A stretch of 64,000 bases of DNA, taken from Macrostomum lignano. Its lineage: Eukaryota. Position numbers and translations under genes: made by a program. Where the stretch lies: contig NIVC01001753.1 in the NCBI GenBank assembly GCA_002269645.1, positions 62,001 through 126,000 on the forward strand, written 5' to 3'. Below are positions 22,346-35,233 of this stretch, in pieces (the stretch's first letter is position 1; each line of letters begins with the position of its first letter). The notes under the pieces are model-generated. The model was not told where the DNA came from. It did no database searches and saw nothing but the letters and a program-made list of their open reading frames with translations.

Positions 22346-22783
22346 TCATTCTGCTCTCTCAACCCCCAGCTCTTTCAGCAGTCTTCCTAGTTCTTTACTT
22401 GGCGCGTGCAATACAAAACCTGCCCCTTCTCCCAAACAGCCTCCAAGCCCCAACCCCAACTTTGTCTTACCAAAAATAACAGCTTTAACTAGCTTCCGAG
22501 CGATCGATTCCTTCCAAACCCTTGAAGTCACCATATTGTCTAATCTCCTAAGCATTTCTTTATCCCAGCGATTCTTCTCCTCAGGATAATCCCTATACTT
22601 AACGTCGTGCCACATGCAGACAGAGTCTAGCTCGTTCACAGGCTCATGCCAAGGATTTGGATTATTGTTTTTATCTAACTGAATTTCAAGCGGATTCAAA
22701 GGCCCGCAATATTTGTAGCCGGAAATTGTCCAGCCTTTGTTTGGATGAGGAAGCTTTTCAATTAATCCGTGAGCATCAGGCGT
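22346..22783 (-). pseudogene. PLA2 paralog, start codon apparently ACG
   Basis: Motifs GYKYCGPLN and WHDVKY. AAAAACG at 22783-22781 sits where an ATG is expected. Confidence 0.85.
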
Positions 22784-22810
22784 TTTTATTTAAAAAAATA
22801 ATTTCTAAAA

Positions 22811-23817
22811 ATGGCAGAAGAAAAACTTAAATCTATCTACTACAGCAACGAAGGATTCTTCGTAGGAAAAATGCAGTCACCAAACTCGCAGAACTAAGTA
22901 ATGAATCAAAAGAAACAGTTGAAAGATGGCTCTCTAAGCAGGCTGTCTTTCAAGTCTATTTTCCACCAGTAAAATTTGAAAGGCCCCATTTCAGTATTTA
23001 TAAACCTAATGAGGCGCACCAAGCAGATCTTCTGTTTCTCCCCAATGACTCAGGCTACAAGTATGCTCTCACAGTTATAGACATTGCCTCCAAATATAAG
23101 GAAGCTCGCCCACTCAAGACGAAGAAGTCAGAGTTTGTTGCCAGCGCACTGCAAGAGATCTATAAAAACTCTCCTCTAACCTATCCAGAAATGCTCATGG
23201 CCGATCAGGGTAAGGAATTCTATGGGGCAGTAAGAAGTCTCCTACAAAAGCATAATACGGAAATATGCTATGGCAGAACAGACCTGCACAGAGACCAAGC
23301 GTACGTTGAGAGATTCAATCTAACTCTAGCCAAGAGACTATTCGCTAAGCAGACAGCGCAAGAACTCAAACTGAGTGCGGGGCAGTACTACACAAAATGG
23401 ACAGACCGCCTCCCCACTGTTATAGAGCAACTGAACAATGAAGTCACACGCATGACTGGATTGAAACCGTCCCATGCAATTAAACAAGACACTGTCGAAC
23501 TTAAGGCATCTCATAGAACAGACAACACAAAACACACCTCGAACTACCCTAAGCTTCCAGGAGTTGAATCACCATACATACTGACAAACTCTGAGTTTCT
23601 ACGCTTTTTATATCTACCTGGAGAGCTAGAGAAAGACACCAAAAGAAGAGCTACAGATCCATACTTCAGCCTTGATGTGCATAAAATAGACAGAAATTTT
23701 ACCTCCGACTCTGGAGAGTATTACTTTTTATCTCAGGCCTTTAACCCTAAATCCCCCACGCGGTCATTTACTAGAGCTTAACTCCTAGTGATACCAGCTG
23801 ACACAGAAATTAATTAA
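22811..23817 (+). pseudogene. Polinton integrase paralog
   Basis: Closely similar to 7559-8554. One A lost near 22870 and a premature TAA at 23779-23781. Confidence 0.92.
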
Positions 23818-23899
23818 AATTTTATAATAAAAAATGACAATCAGGATGCTACGAGATGCTAGTTAACGTAGGTTAACGATGCCATATTAACATCTTATC

Positions 23900-24480
23900 A
23901 GCACCATAAAAAGTTTTATATCTATCCATTCCCCCATCCAGGTTGTACAAGAACTAGCCAACATAGCAGCGGAGGCATCTAGAGAAGAATTTCAACATAG
24001 AATTTTGGTGCTTTCGGAGCACTGGCGAAGAGGCGATGATGTTGTAGTTCAAAAAGTAGACGATGCTAGGGACACCTAATCGATGAGCGTCAGCGTGGCG
24101 CCGAAAGTCAACCCGACGCGGGAGGATTCGGCAGTGGCAGCAGTCAACTTCTCGATACCCTGGGCGATGAGCGTCAGCGTGGCGCCGAAAGTCAACCCGA
24201 CGCGGGGGGATTCGGCAGTGGCAGCAGTCAACTTCTCGATACCCTGGGCGATGAGCGTCAGCATGGCGCCGAAAGTCAACCCGACGCGGGGGGATTCGGC
24301 CGTGGCAGCGATTTGAAATCCCTTTGTTTGCCAGCCCCAGTGAAGCGCCGAGGTAGACCAAAGGGTGCTGATCGTACGGTTATTGGACTGCCACGCTATA
24401 AAAAACGGCGAACGGAGACCGGAGTATCTGCCAGTGCTACTCACGAAACCACAGTCTCCACTGGTATGGCGTTATTTTCA
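23900..24480 (+). pseudogene. C-terminal fragment resembling SWIM/MULE-type transposases
   Basis: ELANIAAEASREEFQHRI…HWRRGDDV followed by LPAPVKRRGRPKGADRTVIGLP. Motif recognised from memory only. Confidence 0.5.
24081..24310 (+). repeat. 84-bp tandem repeat (about 2.7 copies), in frame with the MULE-like fragment
   Basis: Units start at 24081, 24165 and 24249. Encodes DERQRGAESQPDAGGFGSGSSQLLDTLG. Confidence 0.9.
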
Positions 24481-25550
24481 TTGTATGTAACATTTCAAAA
24501 CAATAAATCAAAGACTACTAACAGCTTCAGTGTAAAAATGACCTATTTTAAAATCCAACAGCTACATGTAATCCCAACGCCGGCGTTTCGGTTGTCTCGA
24601 TCAATCCCGGTGTTTCAGGCGTCTCGATCAATCCCGGTGCTTCAGGCGTCTCGATCGATTCGGCCCACCCTACTGTCGGTGTTCGTAGGCAACACGTTAT
24701 TATTGTTGGACCTGGTGACAACAGACGCTACATCGTTGTTGCCTCTAGAGATTCTTGATTAAGATAAATAATAAAACTTTCATCGCCTCATCGTTTTGCC
24801 CCCCCCCTTCGGGGAGCAGAAATATCGGTTTGACTAAGTGATGCAATCATTAAAATCGGCAGTGGAATGCAGATTGACAAAACTGGCTCTGATTTAACAC
24901 ATTAAATAGTCTATCTGAAACCGTTTTCGAATATTTAATCCCCAGCAACGATTTTAAGCTTAGCAAAAATACGTGTACCGCTGCTGGCAAATTTGGCATC
25001 TTTTGGCGAAGGAATGTTGAAAATCGGTTGAGCGTTTTTTCTCAAAGCAATTGTTTACAAACAAACAAGCAAGATTTTTAATTTTTAGTATAGTGTAGGA
25101 AAATGTAGAATTTAAGTAGCCCTCTGGAAGGCAAAAAGAGCCAATATAGACACATATTAATAACTAAAAATATTATTATTAATAATTAATAAAAAAAACT
25201 AAAAAGGCGTATATTCCGATATTTACTGACACCTTTGGGTAAATTTCAGTCTTAATAGACTTGCAGAACCAGTAATATGTAACAAAATGTTGCTAGATTT
25301 TTTACTGGTATTTAAACATTGACAGCGACCACATAATTGTGTCAAATATGATTGCATAATATAAAATGGATAAATTATATAATGGTACTCATAATTACAG
25401 ACATATTTAAGCACTGTAATGCAGCTGTAAAAGTATAGTACGAGTAGTTTGTTGCGCTGGTATCGCTATGCAGTAGTGTAAAAACAGTGAAGAAAAAAAG
25501 GAAAAAAAATCTGATCAAATGTTCTTTAAAATGGTCGAAGGCAAAACTCT

Positions 25551-26240
25551 TCAAGTGCGGTTTCGTTTAGGCTCTGAACTTCCGTCTTTATGAGGCACAT
25601 TCTTCATCTTCTTCGACACTCGAAGTTTTGGTGAACGTTGACTATGTCTCTCAGCTTCCTGCTCTCTCTGCCTCTCAGGTTCCTGCTCTTTCCGCTCTGA
25701 CTGCCCTCCACTCTTGAACACACTATCTGAATCCAGTTGCACTTTCAACTGCTGCACAGCAGCTAAAGATATTTTCACCTCGTAAGGAACAACAGTTGTA
25801 GCTGACTCCAGAGATTCCAGTGCCGAAACTACATGTTTCTTTGCTAGCATGGTCGTCGCTTGTTCGCAAATTTTTTTTTCTTGAAGCTTCCAGCCATTGC
25901 TCTTCAACCATCTCTTTCCTGCCGCAGCAGCCTTAACCTGCATAGAGGCATCCTGATGGCAATTGGACTTCGAAGAATTCTGAAGTCCGATGACAAAAAA
26001 TAGCAACGCCATCAGAGTAGACTGATGCAACTCCACCTTCAGAAAGATAGCTTATGCCTGTTCCAGGGGCTCTTCGGATTGGAAAACTTGAAAGGCGAGC
26101 ATATTAGGATGTCAGCACTCAGCAGCATCGCGAACATCAGTTGCAGATAAACTAATACCAACAACAAGTTCATCTTCAGGAAAAGACAGGGGCAGCTTAT
26201 CATGCCCTTCAAATATAGAAAATGGATCCTTCACAGAGGC
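25551..26240 (-). pseudogene. Orphan exon paralogous to gene 2 of the Foldback element
   Basis: After a ttttcag acceptor it reads ASVKDPFSIFEGHDKLPLSFPEDELVVGISLSATDVRDAA, versus AFVNDAFAVFEAQGPLPGNLPDSDIVVGVRLEATDVKDAA at 35233. Confidence 0.75.
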
Positions 26241-26387
26241 CTGAAAAAGAGATTATGAAATTCAGGCGTCTTTATTACACATACTAAGAGGCCCATCAAA
26301 CATATTAAACGGGATATAACTTGACAATATCTAAAGTAGACTAGATGGAGTCCCTAATAGGCTCATCAAACATGATAAACATGATAT

Positions 26388-26578
26388 AACTATCAGTAAA
26401 ACTGCTTTATTTTAAGCTTTTTTTGCTTTATTTTATTAAATATGAATCATGAAATTTGTTATTCTACATATATTCTCTTCACGTGAAGAAGAATGTTAAA
26501 TTTGCCAGGAAACTTCCTAATTCATATTTAATAAAATAAAGCAAAAAAAGCTTAAAATAAAGCATTTTACTGATAGTT
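26388..26578. repeat. About 60-bp AT-rich inverted repeat (hairpin or MITE-like)
   Basis: AACTATCAGTAAAA…TAAATATGAA is mirrored at 26521-26578. Confidence 0.75.
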
Positions 26579-27976
26579 TGTTAGGAATAAACAAATTTAA
26601 TGCTTGTTCCTACGATTCGTACGACAGAAACTAAAGTGTCTGCAGAAGTGTCTGAATAAGTGTCGGCGAATGTTTAATACGTCAACTTCCTTAAAGTTAG
26701 AAATTTAATGCACGGCACCGTGAAAATAACGCGAAACATATTTGTACGGTGCCGTGTAAATAACACGAACTTATTTATACGGTCCCGTGCAAATAACAAG
26801 TGCCATTAAAAAAACTGACGCAAATTATGGGTGCGTTCGAGACTAACTACTGAATTCACGCCTCAGATTTCATGCCCAAAAATGATGAAACTGAAACTGT
26901 GAAAATAAATAAATAAACGATTGCGCAAGTTATATAACCTTTGCGCACACAATCACAGGCCTAGACGTGCTAAAATAAGGGAGAAAAAAAGTTTTTGTGT
27001 TCTTATAATGGAGTGAAAAGGGAGTGATCAAATTTTAATCGCAGCAGAGATTGCGCATGTATTGAGCTTCTGTAATTTCTATTCACTAATCATTGCGCAA
27101 CCATGCGTACTAATCCGATTTGATTTATATGTTCCACAAAGTTTGTAAATATCAATGGAATATTTATAACTTTAACAAAAATAGCACCTATTTAAATTCC
27201 GTGCGCAAGACCACTGCAAGGCTCGCCGAGCAGTTGAGGTTGATCACTAACTACTGTATATATGGTATGGTATTGGATTCTTCGAACCTGTGTTGCATCA
27301 TGTGATTAAACACATATTGTCTATTGCATACTTGAGCAATTAAGTGAGCGTAAATATCACTAAAAGTGAAATAATAAATAGTTAGTATGTAGATAGTGAT
27401 TGCTAATTAGTTAGTAATTAAATAGTAAGTAAATAATGATTGTACTCTTAGCAATATGATTTACTTTACTTGTGGTTATTCACTTATTCTTAGTACATTA
27501 TTGCTGAAATGGATCTGCAATGTCACTTTTAGCACAAGAATGTATGTATGTTAGCACATGTTGTAAAAGCTTTTCATTATCTATAGACCTACTTATATTA
27601 ATATTAAGACTCTTCCAATCTTGCCTAGTCTAGCATAACTTGTAAACTCTCCAAGCACTCATTCGTTGATTTAAATACTACTAAAGCAAAGCATTGCCTA
27701 TTAAATTACAGTAAATATTGACATTAAAATAAATCAAGAGTATAATTATAAATTTCAATGTTAGACATATATTCTAATGCAGTTTAATATATAGATTAGG
27801 GGCCTAGCTATTCTTTGGCTCCTATCTATATTCATTTGAGTTTAACATGTTATATGGGGACATCTGCTTTGATAAACAGTGCTCTTGCTTATATAAAGTA
27901 ATACAGAAGAGCAATAGTAGCTAACTTATGCTTATGTTAGCCAATGCCCCCAAATATCCAAATTTTAAACTTCTTT

Positions 27977-28552
27977 AATATATATAGATTCAATTATGTT
28001 TTCAGTGTTTTCATTGCTAGCCTCTGTCAGGGACCTAAAAGCACAATTGGCATGTACTATTTACCACTAAATATTGATTGATTGATTTTATTTTAAACAG
28101 TCAGTGGACTTAGCATTTAGTTCAGAAAAAGTCAATTTAGCTACTGGCACAATATACAGATTCAATTGTGTTTTCTGTGTTTTCATTGCTAGCCTTTATC
28201 AGGGACCTAGAAGCACAATTGGCATATACTATTTACCACTAAATATTGATTGATTTTATTTTAAACAGTCAGTGGGCTTAGCATTTAGTTCAGAAAAAGT
28301 CAATTTAGCTACTGGCACAATATACATGTTCAATTGTGTTTTCTGTGTTTTCATTGCTAGCCTTTATGAGGGACCTAAAAGCACAATTGGCATATACTAT
28401 TTACCACTAAATATTGATTGATTTTATTTTAAACAGTCAGTGGGCTTAGCATTTAGTTCAGAAAAAGTCAATTTAGCTACTGGCACAATATACAGATTCA
28501 ATTGTGTTTTCTGCATTTGTTTTTATTGCTAGCCTCTGTTAGGGACCTAAAA
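27977..28552. repeat. About 168-bp tandem repeats at the inner end of the left TIR; fewer copies in the right TIR (35277-35700)
   Basis: Unit starts near 27977, 28151, 28319 and 28487. Confidence 0.88.
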
Positions 28553-28889
28553 CATTAACATTAAGTTATTCAACTAAATTTTAAGTTTAATGCATTTTTC
28601 ATTCATTGTCCCTTATGACGTCATAGAAGAGATCCCATTAAATTTATGCTTAGTAAACAATTTGCTAAATTTTAGCTCATCCTGCTGTTATGAAAGCCAT
28701 AAAATTCTTTTTCTTCATAGTCTATGCTTCTGATCTCATTGTTTTAAGTTCCATATAGAATTCGCTGAAGGTTAGTTGATGCTGTGAAAATCTAGGATGA
28801 AATGCAGGACTTCATCCTAACAGCTGCTGTTATTTTGTTGATAAGCATTTTTGTCTGAATAACATGGAGCCTGTACATTGCACTTTCAG

Positions 28890-30972
28890 GAACGCAGCTG
28901 TGTGCGTCGTGATGAAGATTTTCTGCGAGCGCTGAAAAATCTTAAAGATGCTGTTACAATTGAGGCTCTCATGCACGAGTCTGGTGTTGCTCGCTCAAAG
29001 GTTTTCGACAGGCTCTTACATGAAATGAACTCTTTACGTGAGTCCGCGTACACGGAAAGCGATATAAAAATCATCAGGTGCGATTTGCAGCAGAATAGAC
29101 GTCGTGTTCTTGATGCAGCCAAAGAAGTCCTGCTTGAATGTGAAATCATGGAAGAGCCTGAAGCTGTCAATGATGCTTTGCTTGGAGACTCTGAGGAACC
29201 GACATGGCCACATATCCAACTAGAAGGCCTTAATAGCCTCTGGCAGCAAATACATAGCAACCAAGATGCAGTCATTCGCCAACAAGCTACAAAGAAATTT
29301 AACAACGCAGTGATTTCAGAATTGCAGAATCGAATTTTGCACAACTGCAGCCTGGTTATTGTACGCAGTAAATTTACGAATAACAATATTGCGCAGTACA
29401 CGCTGAGCTGCAGAGGAATCCTGCCTACAAATAAATCTAGATGTCCTGGCATTTGGACAGTTGTCACTCGAGGTGAGGTCTCTGTGTTCTTCAAAAAGTT
29501 GGGCCCAGCGCCCACCCACTCATCGCAGGAAAGGTGCGTGACTCTGACTCGAAAACCAAGACGGGATCCATTGCTGCAGCTCAAGCATCTATTGCCGCGT
29601 CTGTCGATGATTTCCGGCAGATGCCGTCCCAAAGAACGCTACTGAACATCAGAAACTACGAAAAGTCTAAAGAGAAGCAATGCCAGGACAGTGATGTACA
29701 TAACATGCTGCTCAAAGTTCAAAATGATGAACGTCTTCGCTCTTACGTCAAGATTGAATTTGATGGCCCCACTCCGTCAGTGTTCAACTTATGTCACGTG
29801 AAGTTGGTGGCGGAACTTTTGCAGACGATGGAACGTTCAAAGATCCCCATCAATCTAGTCATAGACTCAACTGGAGCTTCGATCTGCCATTGGCCTGGTG
29901 GGATGCCAGACAAGGTGTTGTACCACTACGCTCTTGTACTTCCAGGTGATCCAGGCAAAGGATTGAGTCAAGTATCCGTCCTTGATGCGGTATCGTGTCA
30001 CCACACAACAGCTCAACTGCTTTGCATGTTAGCTAAATGGCGTCAAGATTTAGAGCAAGTTCCTGGTTGTGGAAAGCTAAGAATAGCGAAAATCGTTACC
30101 GATTTCAACTGGCCTACGCTGCATTCCCTCATCAGAGTGTTCTGCGGTCTTGATATTAAGGAGTTCATTCGATGGTGCTACCTGATCAGCCTAGAATCAG
30201 CCAACGGCCAAGCAGGAGTGCCAAAATTTTTAAGAGCAACATTGGAGCAAGTTAAACAGCGCACTGCAATTGTCCTTGGCCGGAGCCATGTCATTAACGA
30301 ATTTCGCAATTGGCAGGAAGTAAAATGCGCAGAACCTGCAATTCGTAAAGTGTACATGCGTGGCTTTGCCAACATTGTGGCAAGTCAAGATGCGGCTGAA
30401 GGTCGGCGCCATCTGCAAAGTTTTTGTTTGTTTTGCTTCAGATCGATGCTCGAGAGGCGCAACCCGTAATTGAAGCCCTCTTGTCTGGTGAAGATAAAAC
30501 AACTGACGTTGAAGACGAATGTGAATTTTCTCAAATTGGAGCAGAGCCTTCGGCAAAAATTCGTGACTCGTCGCAGTTCTTCGCGCACGCGACTCTTTTA
30601 CTGCAGCAAATCAAGGCTGACTGTCAACGTGGCCATGATCGCGCCATGGCTATACAGAGTGCGTATGTGAACGAGAGATAGGCAAAACGTGTTGTTGACA
30701 TGTATGCCTATTTTCCACTCTTTAGTGGAATGATGGTTGACGCGCAGCGCTACTTCACTGGCACTACATTCACGCGTGACTTCCGTAACAGCGAAGGAAG
30801 TGTCGAGGTGTACCACCGGACAGTGAGGCGCGACGTGCTTGGCGGCCGCTCCAAGTCTATGCTCGAATTTTTACCACTGTTGGAAGAGTTCACCAGAGGA
30901 CGTCTTGTTTATCGGCTTAAGAGTATTGGAATCGAAATTGATATTGACTTGGACGCTATGGATGAAGGCACT
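28890..30972 (+). pseudogene. NOF-like/MULE DDE transposase, frameshifted
   Basis: Motifs LVIDSTG (D), KVLYHYALV, SCHHT, IVTDFNW (D), LGRSH (the CxxH position, with GGC where TGC is expected) and SEGSVEVY (E). Confidence 0.75.
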
Positions 30973-32044
30973 GTAAGCCTTTTTTATTCTACAGTCTTAC
31001 CTTACTTACTTGGTGCGTTACCTTCGCATTGCTCAGTTTACGCCACTTCATTTCTGCAGGGTTTCGGTTCAGTTCGAAGTGCCAGTCCAATTGCTGAGCC
31101 GGCATCGAGAGTGGCAAATGTTCACACGCCCGTGCGCAACAGCCTGAACGATACAGCAGCAGTATCGTCGCGGAGCGTCATCGTTAACAAGCGAATTGGT
31201 CATCCACCACCCATCGGCGCTACTGTTGGAAAATATTTTATTAGAATGTCAGCCGACAGTAAGACCAAAAATGCTGCTGCCTCTACTGATACTTACATGT
31301 ACTTTATGTGATGGACTGCAGAACCCTTGCGAAACTATCTACTGGTTAAACGCAGGAATTCAACGCCTGGCTGCTTCACCTAAGTCAGCGCTCACCATTC
31401 AGCCTAATTCACAGCATGCCGTGGGATCGTCAATGGCGGCACCCTCGAGGTCTGCAGCAGCCACGGTCTTCACCACTTCATTTGCGACAGCGCCAGTCGG
31501 CCAATCTGCCCAGTCATTGGACCCGCAGCAGCAGCTGCTGATTGGAGCAGCAGCGCCCGTCGTGCGAGCAGCAGCGCCCATCGTGCGAGCAGCAGCGCCC
31601 ATCGTGCGAGCAGCAGCAGCAGCGCCCATCGTGCGAGCAGCAGCAGCAGCGCCCAACGTGCGAGCAGTGGTAAAACCAGGTAACCTCTCAGACCAGAGTT
31701 TCTATAAGATAGACTCCAAGCAGCGAGAGTTAGATAATCAGAAGCTTGATTATTTGTAATTGTCACGTGATTACGAACGGAACGTGAGCTCTCCTCTTAT
31801 AGACTGAGCCAAGTATATGAATACTCGACATTACTCGTAGTTCCTCCTGTAGGTACTCTCATTAACCCAGGAGAAAAAAGAACCCCTAGATGGGCCATAT
31901 GTCCATCGTAAATACTATAATCAGAGAAGCGATGCAGGAGCGTACCATTCGTATATTCCTTCTAAAGTACCTCTTATCACACCAATTAATCCATTTAATC
32001 TAGATACCACGAGTCTAGTCGTTCAGACTTTTTTCATATTGTAG

Positions 32045-33122
32045 TGGCGACCGCGGTTTCTGCTCCGTCCTCGTTGGCGCCGTTGCCGATTGGTATAGGA
32101 CTACCAAATACCACGGGCAAATACTGCGCATTCAATGCTGCTTGCCAATGTCTCGCAAAAACTCTTGGACAACCACTAACGGTGATGCCGAATTCGCCAG
32201 CAATTATTTCTCTTGTTAATGCAATTCTAACTGGCAACAACCAAGCGGCGCACACTTTTCACACACCGGCCTATCTGTGGTGCACATTCAAAGCTGGAAT
32301 GGATCCGAAAGCAGAAAATTGTGTCCTCGAGTTTCTAACCGCAATGCTGACACTCCCAGAAATTCAAGACCATTTTTCATGCTACGTAAGTTCTCGACTT
32401 TTCCCTGCGTACAATATCCCGATAGAAATATGTATGCTTCTTTCCGAAAGGCTGAGGTGCAGTTTAGGACAGAACAAGAATAGTTTGTCTGAGCTCTTTA
32501 GACAATTGACCCTAGTTTCTGAAGAGTGTCTGCCCCCTGGTTCCATGGTTCCTGGCTAGCCATGATATACACTGACGTGCAGTAAAGACAAATCTATACC
32601 ACTTTCCAGTCGAGTACGACACTCCTGTGCTCTTCGTGTCACTCTCTTACCCGTTTGGAGCACAATGATTTGACTACAATTCTCCGTGTGCCAGTCATCG
32701 AAGGCGATGATCGCGACTTTCCGCATCTTGTGCGCGATTCGATGTTTTCGTCCTCAGACCGAACCGATATTCTGTGTCGAAATGGCACAACTGGCCGGTG
32801 CAGCCACCATCAGGCGCTGTCCTTATTGTCAACGTTTTGGTGCATCGGCATTGGCCGTGTCTCTATCGGCCGAAAAGGAATTAAAAAATCAACTTCTCCA
32901 ATCCCAGTCGAACTAACTCTTGTTCTTAGTGGAAAATCCTACAAGCTCCGAGCAGCGATTGTTCACTTTGGCCGTTCAGTTGATAGTGGCCACTACGTTG
33001 CCTATACGTTTACTGAAGACTACGGCTGCCTTTGTCTCAACGATTTAGAAGTGCGTGCTGTCTCATTACCTGCTGTTTTCGAAAACATCAGGCGTAATTG
33101 CTGCGCTCTTTTTTATAGCTAA
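32045..33122 (+). pseudogene. Ubiquitin-specific protease (USP/C19) domain inside the Foldback element
   Basis: Cys box GLPNTTGKYCAFNAACQCL. His box YKLRAAIVHFGRSVDSGHYVAY…LNDLEV…CCALFY. Frame breaks lie between the boxes. Confidence 0.88.
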
Positions 33123-34312
33123 AGGCTCATTCACACCGCAAATTAATTGACTTACATACAGAGAAAAAATACGCACAAATCGCGTGATCACTGATGTCAT
33201 TGTGATTGGACCCTTACTTTGACCCTGGTCACTTTTTCTATACTCGTCGTCTCAATCTTCCGCAAGTTTTGCAGCTGGCTACTTTTTTGGGCCAATAATT
33301 TGAGTACATCCCCAGTTCAGCTGAAATTTCAGCAAGACTATTTTTTATGAGCAATGCCTTTTATAATGACTGGTAAACCTCTTACTGTGCCATCATGTTC
33401 TACTCTTAACGAAATATTAATATACATGACATTTTTCTGTTCTGACAAGTTTGTCACTTTTGACGGAAATAGAACGGTTAATTTATTGTTGTGAGCTTCC
33501 TGCTTTTTCATACAAATGAAGTCGGGCCAGCATTGTTATTGCCGCTCTAGGTGCCTGTCGATACAGATACAATAAAAATGCCTCATAGGGAACTGTTGTG
33601 GCTAATACACTCAATGCCGAAAAACAAAGGACTCGACACTATTAGACAATTATTAGACCAATAGGCAAATTTTGAAAAGTTAAGAAACTTTTTTCCTCAA
33701 TTAGTATAAGTCATGCGACGATTTCGCCGAAGATAGACTTGTCGAATTTTTTGTGCACGATTTGGTGAGACTGCTAAGAAAGCTGTTTAAAGTCAGTGCA
33801 ACAGTGAGACGTTGAGTAATATACAAAAAACTATAGACAAGTTGAGACAGTAAGGACGAATAATGGCATCAACATTATTGGAAATAAATATACACTTTAA
33901 AGTAAGCCTTTCATCGAAACATTTTTGGAACATAAGTGAACAAAGCAATATCCAAAAAGCAGTAGAGAAGCCCCCTAAAGGCTCATTTTCACAGACAAAT
34001 TCTGTCCACTTCTTGTTTAATTTTAAAGTACGACGGAATGACCTGTCAGAAAATTCAACAAGCTCGTACTCATACAATTGTTATTTGGCGTTGCGAGTAG
34101 GCCCAGAGTAAATTCAGCAGCGTGTTGTACAAACGGTCCTGAACAATGCATCGTCTCCCCAGTCCGATAAAGCAGAAATGGATGATAAAAGCATTGGTAA
34201 GTTTCATAGACATTAGCTGAAGAAGATAGTTTATAAGTGGTACAAAAATACTACGCTTTTAATACGAAGTACAGAGTAAAACGTCACAGAAGAAGCGTCA
34301 CTTGTCCTTTCT

Positions 34313-35233
34313 TCACTTCCTTTCGGTTCTGCGGGTTTTGCAACGTATTTCATTAAATTCATTTGCATTTCTTCCTAGTCGTCTTTTGCGATTGGCTTTC
34401 TCCTCCCTTCGAGCAGACTCCTCCGCTTCCCTTCGAGCAGACTCCGCCTCCCTTCGAGCAGACTCCTCCGCCTCCCTTCGAGCAGACTCCGCCTCCCATC
34501 GAGCAGACTCCTCCGCCTCCCTTCGAGCAGACTCCGCCTCCCATCGAGCAGACTCCTCCGCCTCCCTTCGAGCAGACTCCGCCTCCCTTCGAGCAGACTC
34601 CGCCTCCCTTCGAGCAGACTCCGCCTCCCATCGAGCAGACTCCTCCGCCGCTTCTCGACTTCTCCCCTCTTCTATCAGATCATCCAGAGAAATTTCTTTA
34701 TCCATGACCTTTCTAGAATTTTCCACTTGATTCGCATGCTCAAACTCGCTCTTAAGATGGCGTAGACAAGGAAGAAACATTTGAATTGGAAGACACCACT
34801 TAGCTGAAGCTAAACCTGCTGCACTCTCTATGTGCTCTACCGCGGTACAAATATGCTTCATTGCAATTACGTCGCTTTTGTAGTTTGTAAGATAAGAACG
34901 CTGCCAATTGTGCTCCTCGAGCCAAGCACGGCCATCTTCAACGGCTCTCGAGCGTTTCGCAGAGTCCAGCCGCATCTCAGGGCTTTTTCTTTTGCGAAAA
35001 ATGGCAACACCATCAGAGAAAGCCAACGAAATACCATTCTCACTAATATACTTCACATTTGAACCTCTCACAGTACGAATCGCCGAATTTAAAAATCTCA
35101 AACCAAGAAGTCGTGCAGCATCCTTCACATCAGTAGCTTCAAGTCTGACACCGACAACAATATCCGAATCAGGTAAGTTGCCAGGTAGAGGACCTTGCGC
35201 TTCAAAAACAGCAAAGGCGTCGTTAACAAAAGC
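34313..35233 (-). CDS. Foldback gene 2 exon, orphan with charged ESARREAE repeats
   Basis: Phase-0 ttttcag acceptor, exon from 35233, about 306 open codons. 21/24-bp repeats at 34400-34650. Confidence 0.7.
   Translation of the reverse strand, partial: AFVNDAFAVFEAQGPLPGNLPDSDIVVGVRLEATDVKDAARLLGLRFLNSAIRTVRGSNVKYISENGISLAFSDGVAIFRKRKSPEMRLDSAKRSRAVEDGRAWLEEHNWQRSYLTNYKSDVIAMKHICTAVEHIESAAGLASAKWCLPIQMFLPCLRHLKSEFEHANQVENSRKVMDKEISLDDLIEEGRSREAAEESARWEAESARREAESARREAESARREAEESARWEAESARREAEESARWEAESARREAEESARREAESARREAEESARREEKANRKRRLGRNANEFNEIRCKTRRTERK

Larger units (their letters stand above)
20630..23841. mobile_element. Polinton copy 2, inverted relative to copy 1 and truncated
   Basis: Starts AGTAGAATGCATGAGGGGG, matching the copy 1 terminus. 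Carries PLA2, integrase and the first codons of the pX-like ORF (ATG 23834). Confidence 0.92.

Noticed and set aside
7540-23841. Inverted INT/PLA2/terminal segments read as the two TIRs of one element enclosing 10.9-20.6 kb
   Set aside because: The AGTAG termini face the interval from outside, the copies are clearly diverged, and their cargo differs. They are two separate insertions.
27120-27305. 61-aa ORF duplicated at 36370-36555
   Set aside because: The identity simply reflects the TIR duplication. It has a TTG start and no domain.
33118-33990. Kolobok-like element (TAAAGGCTCATT at 33119 and 33976)
   Set aside because: The matches are direct and short, and no matching inverted end with TTAA was found.
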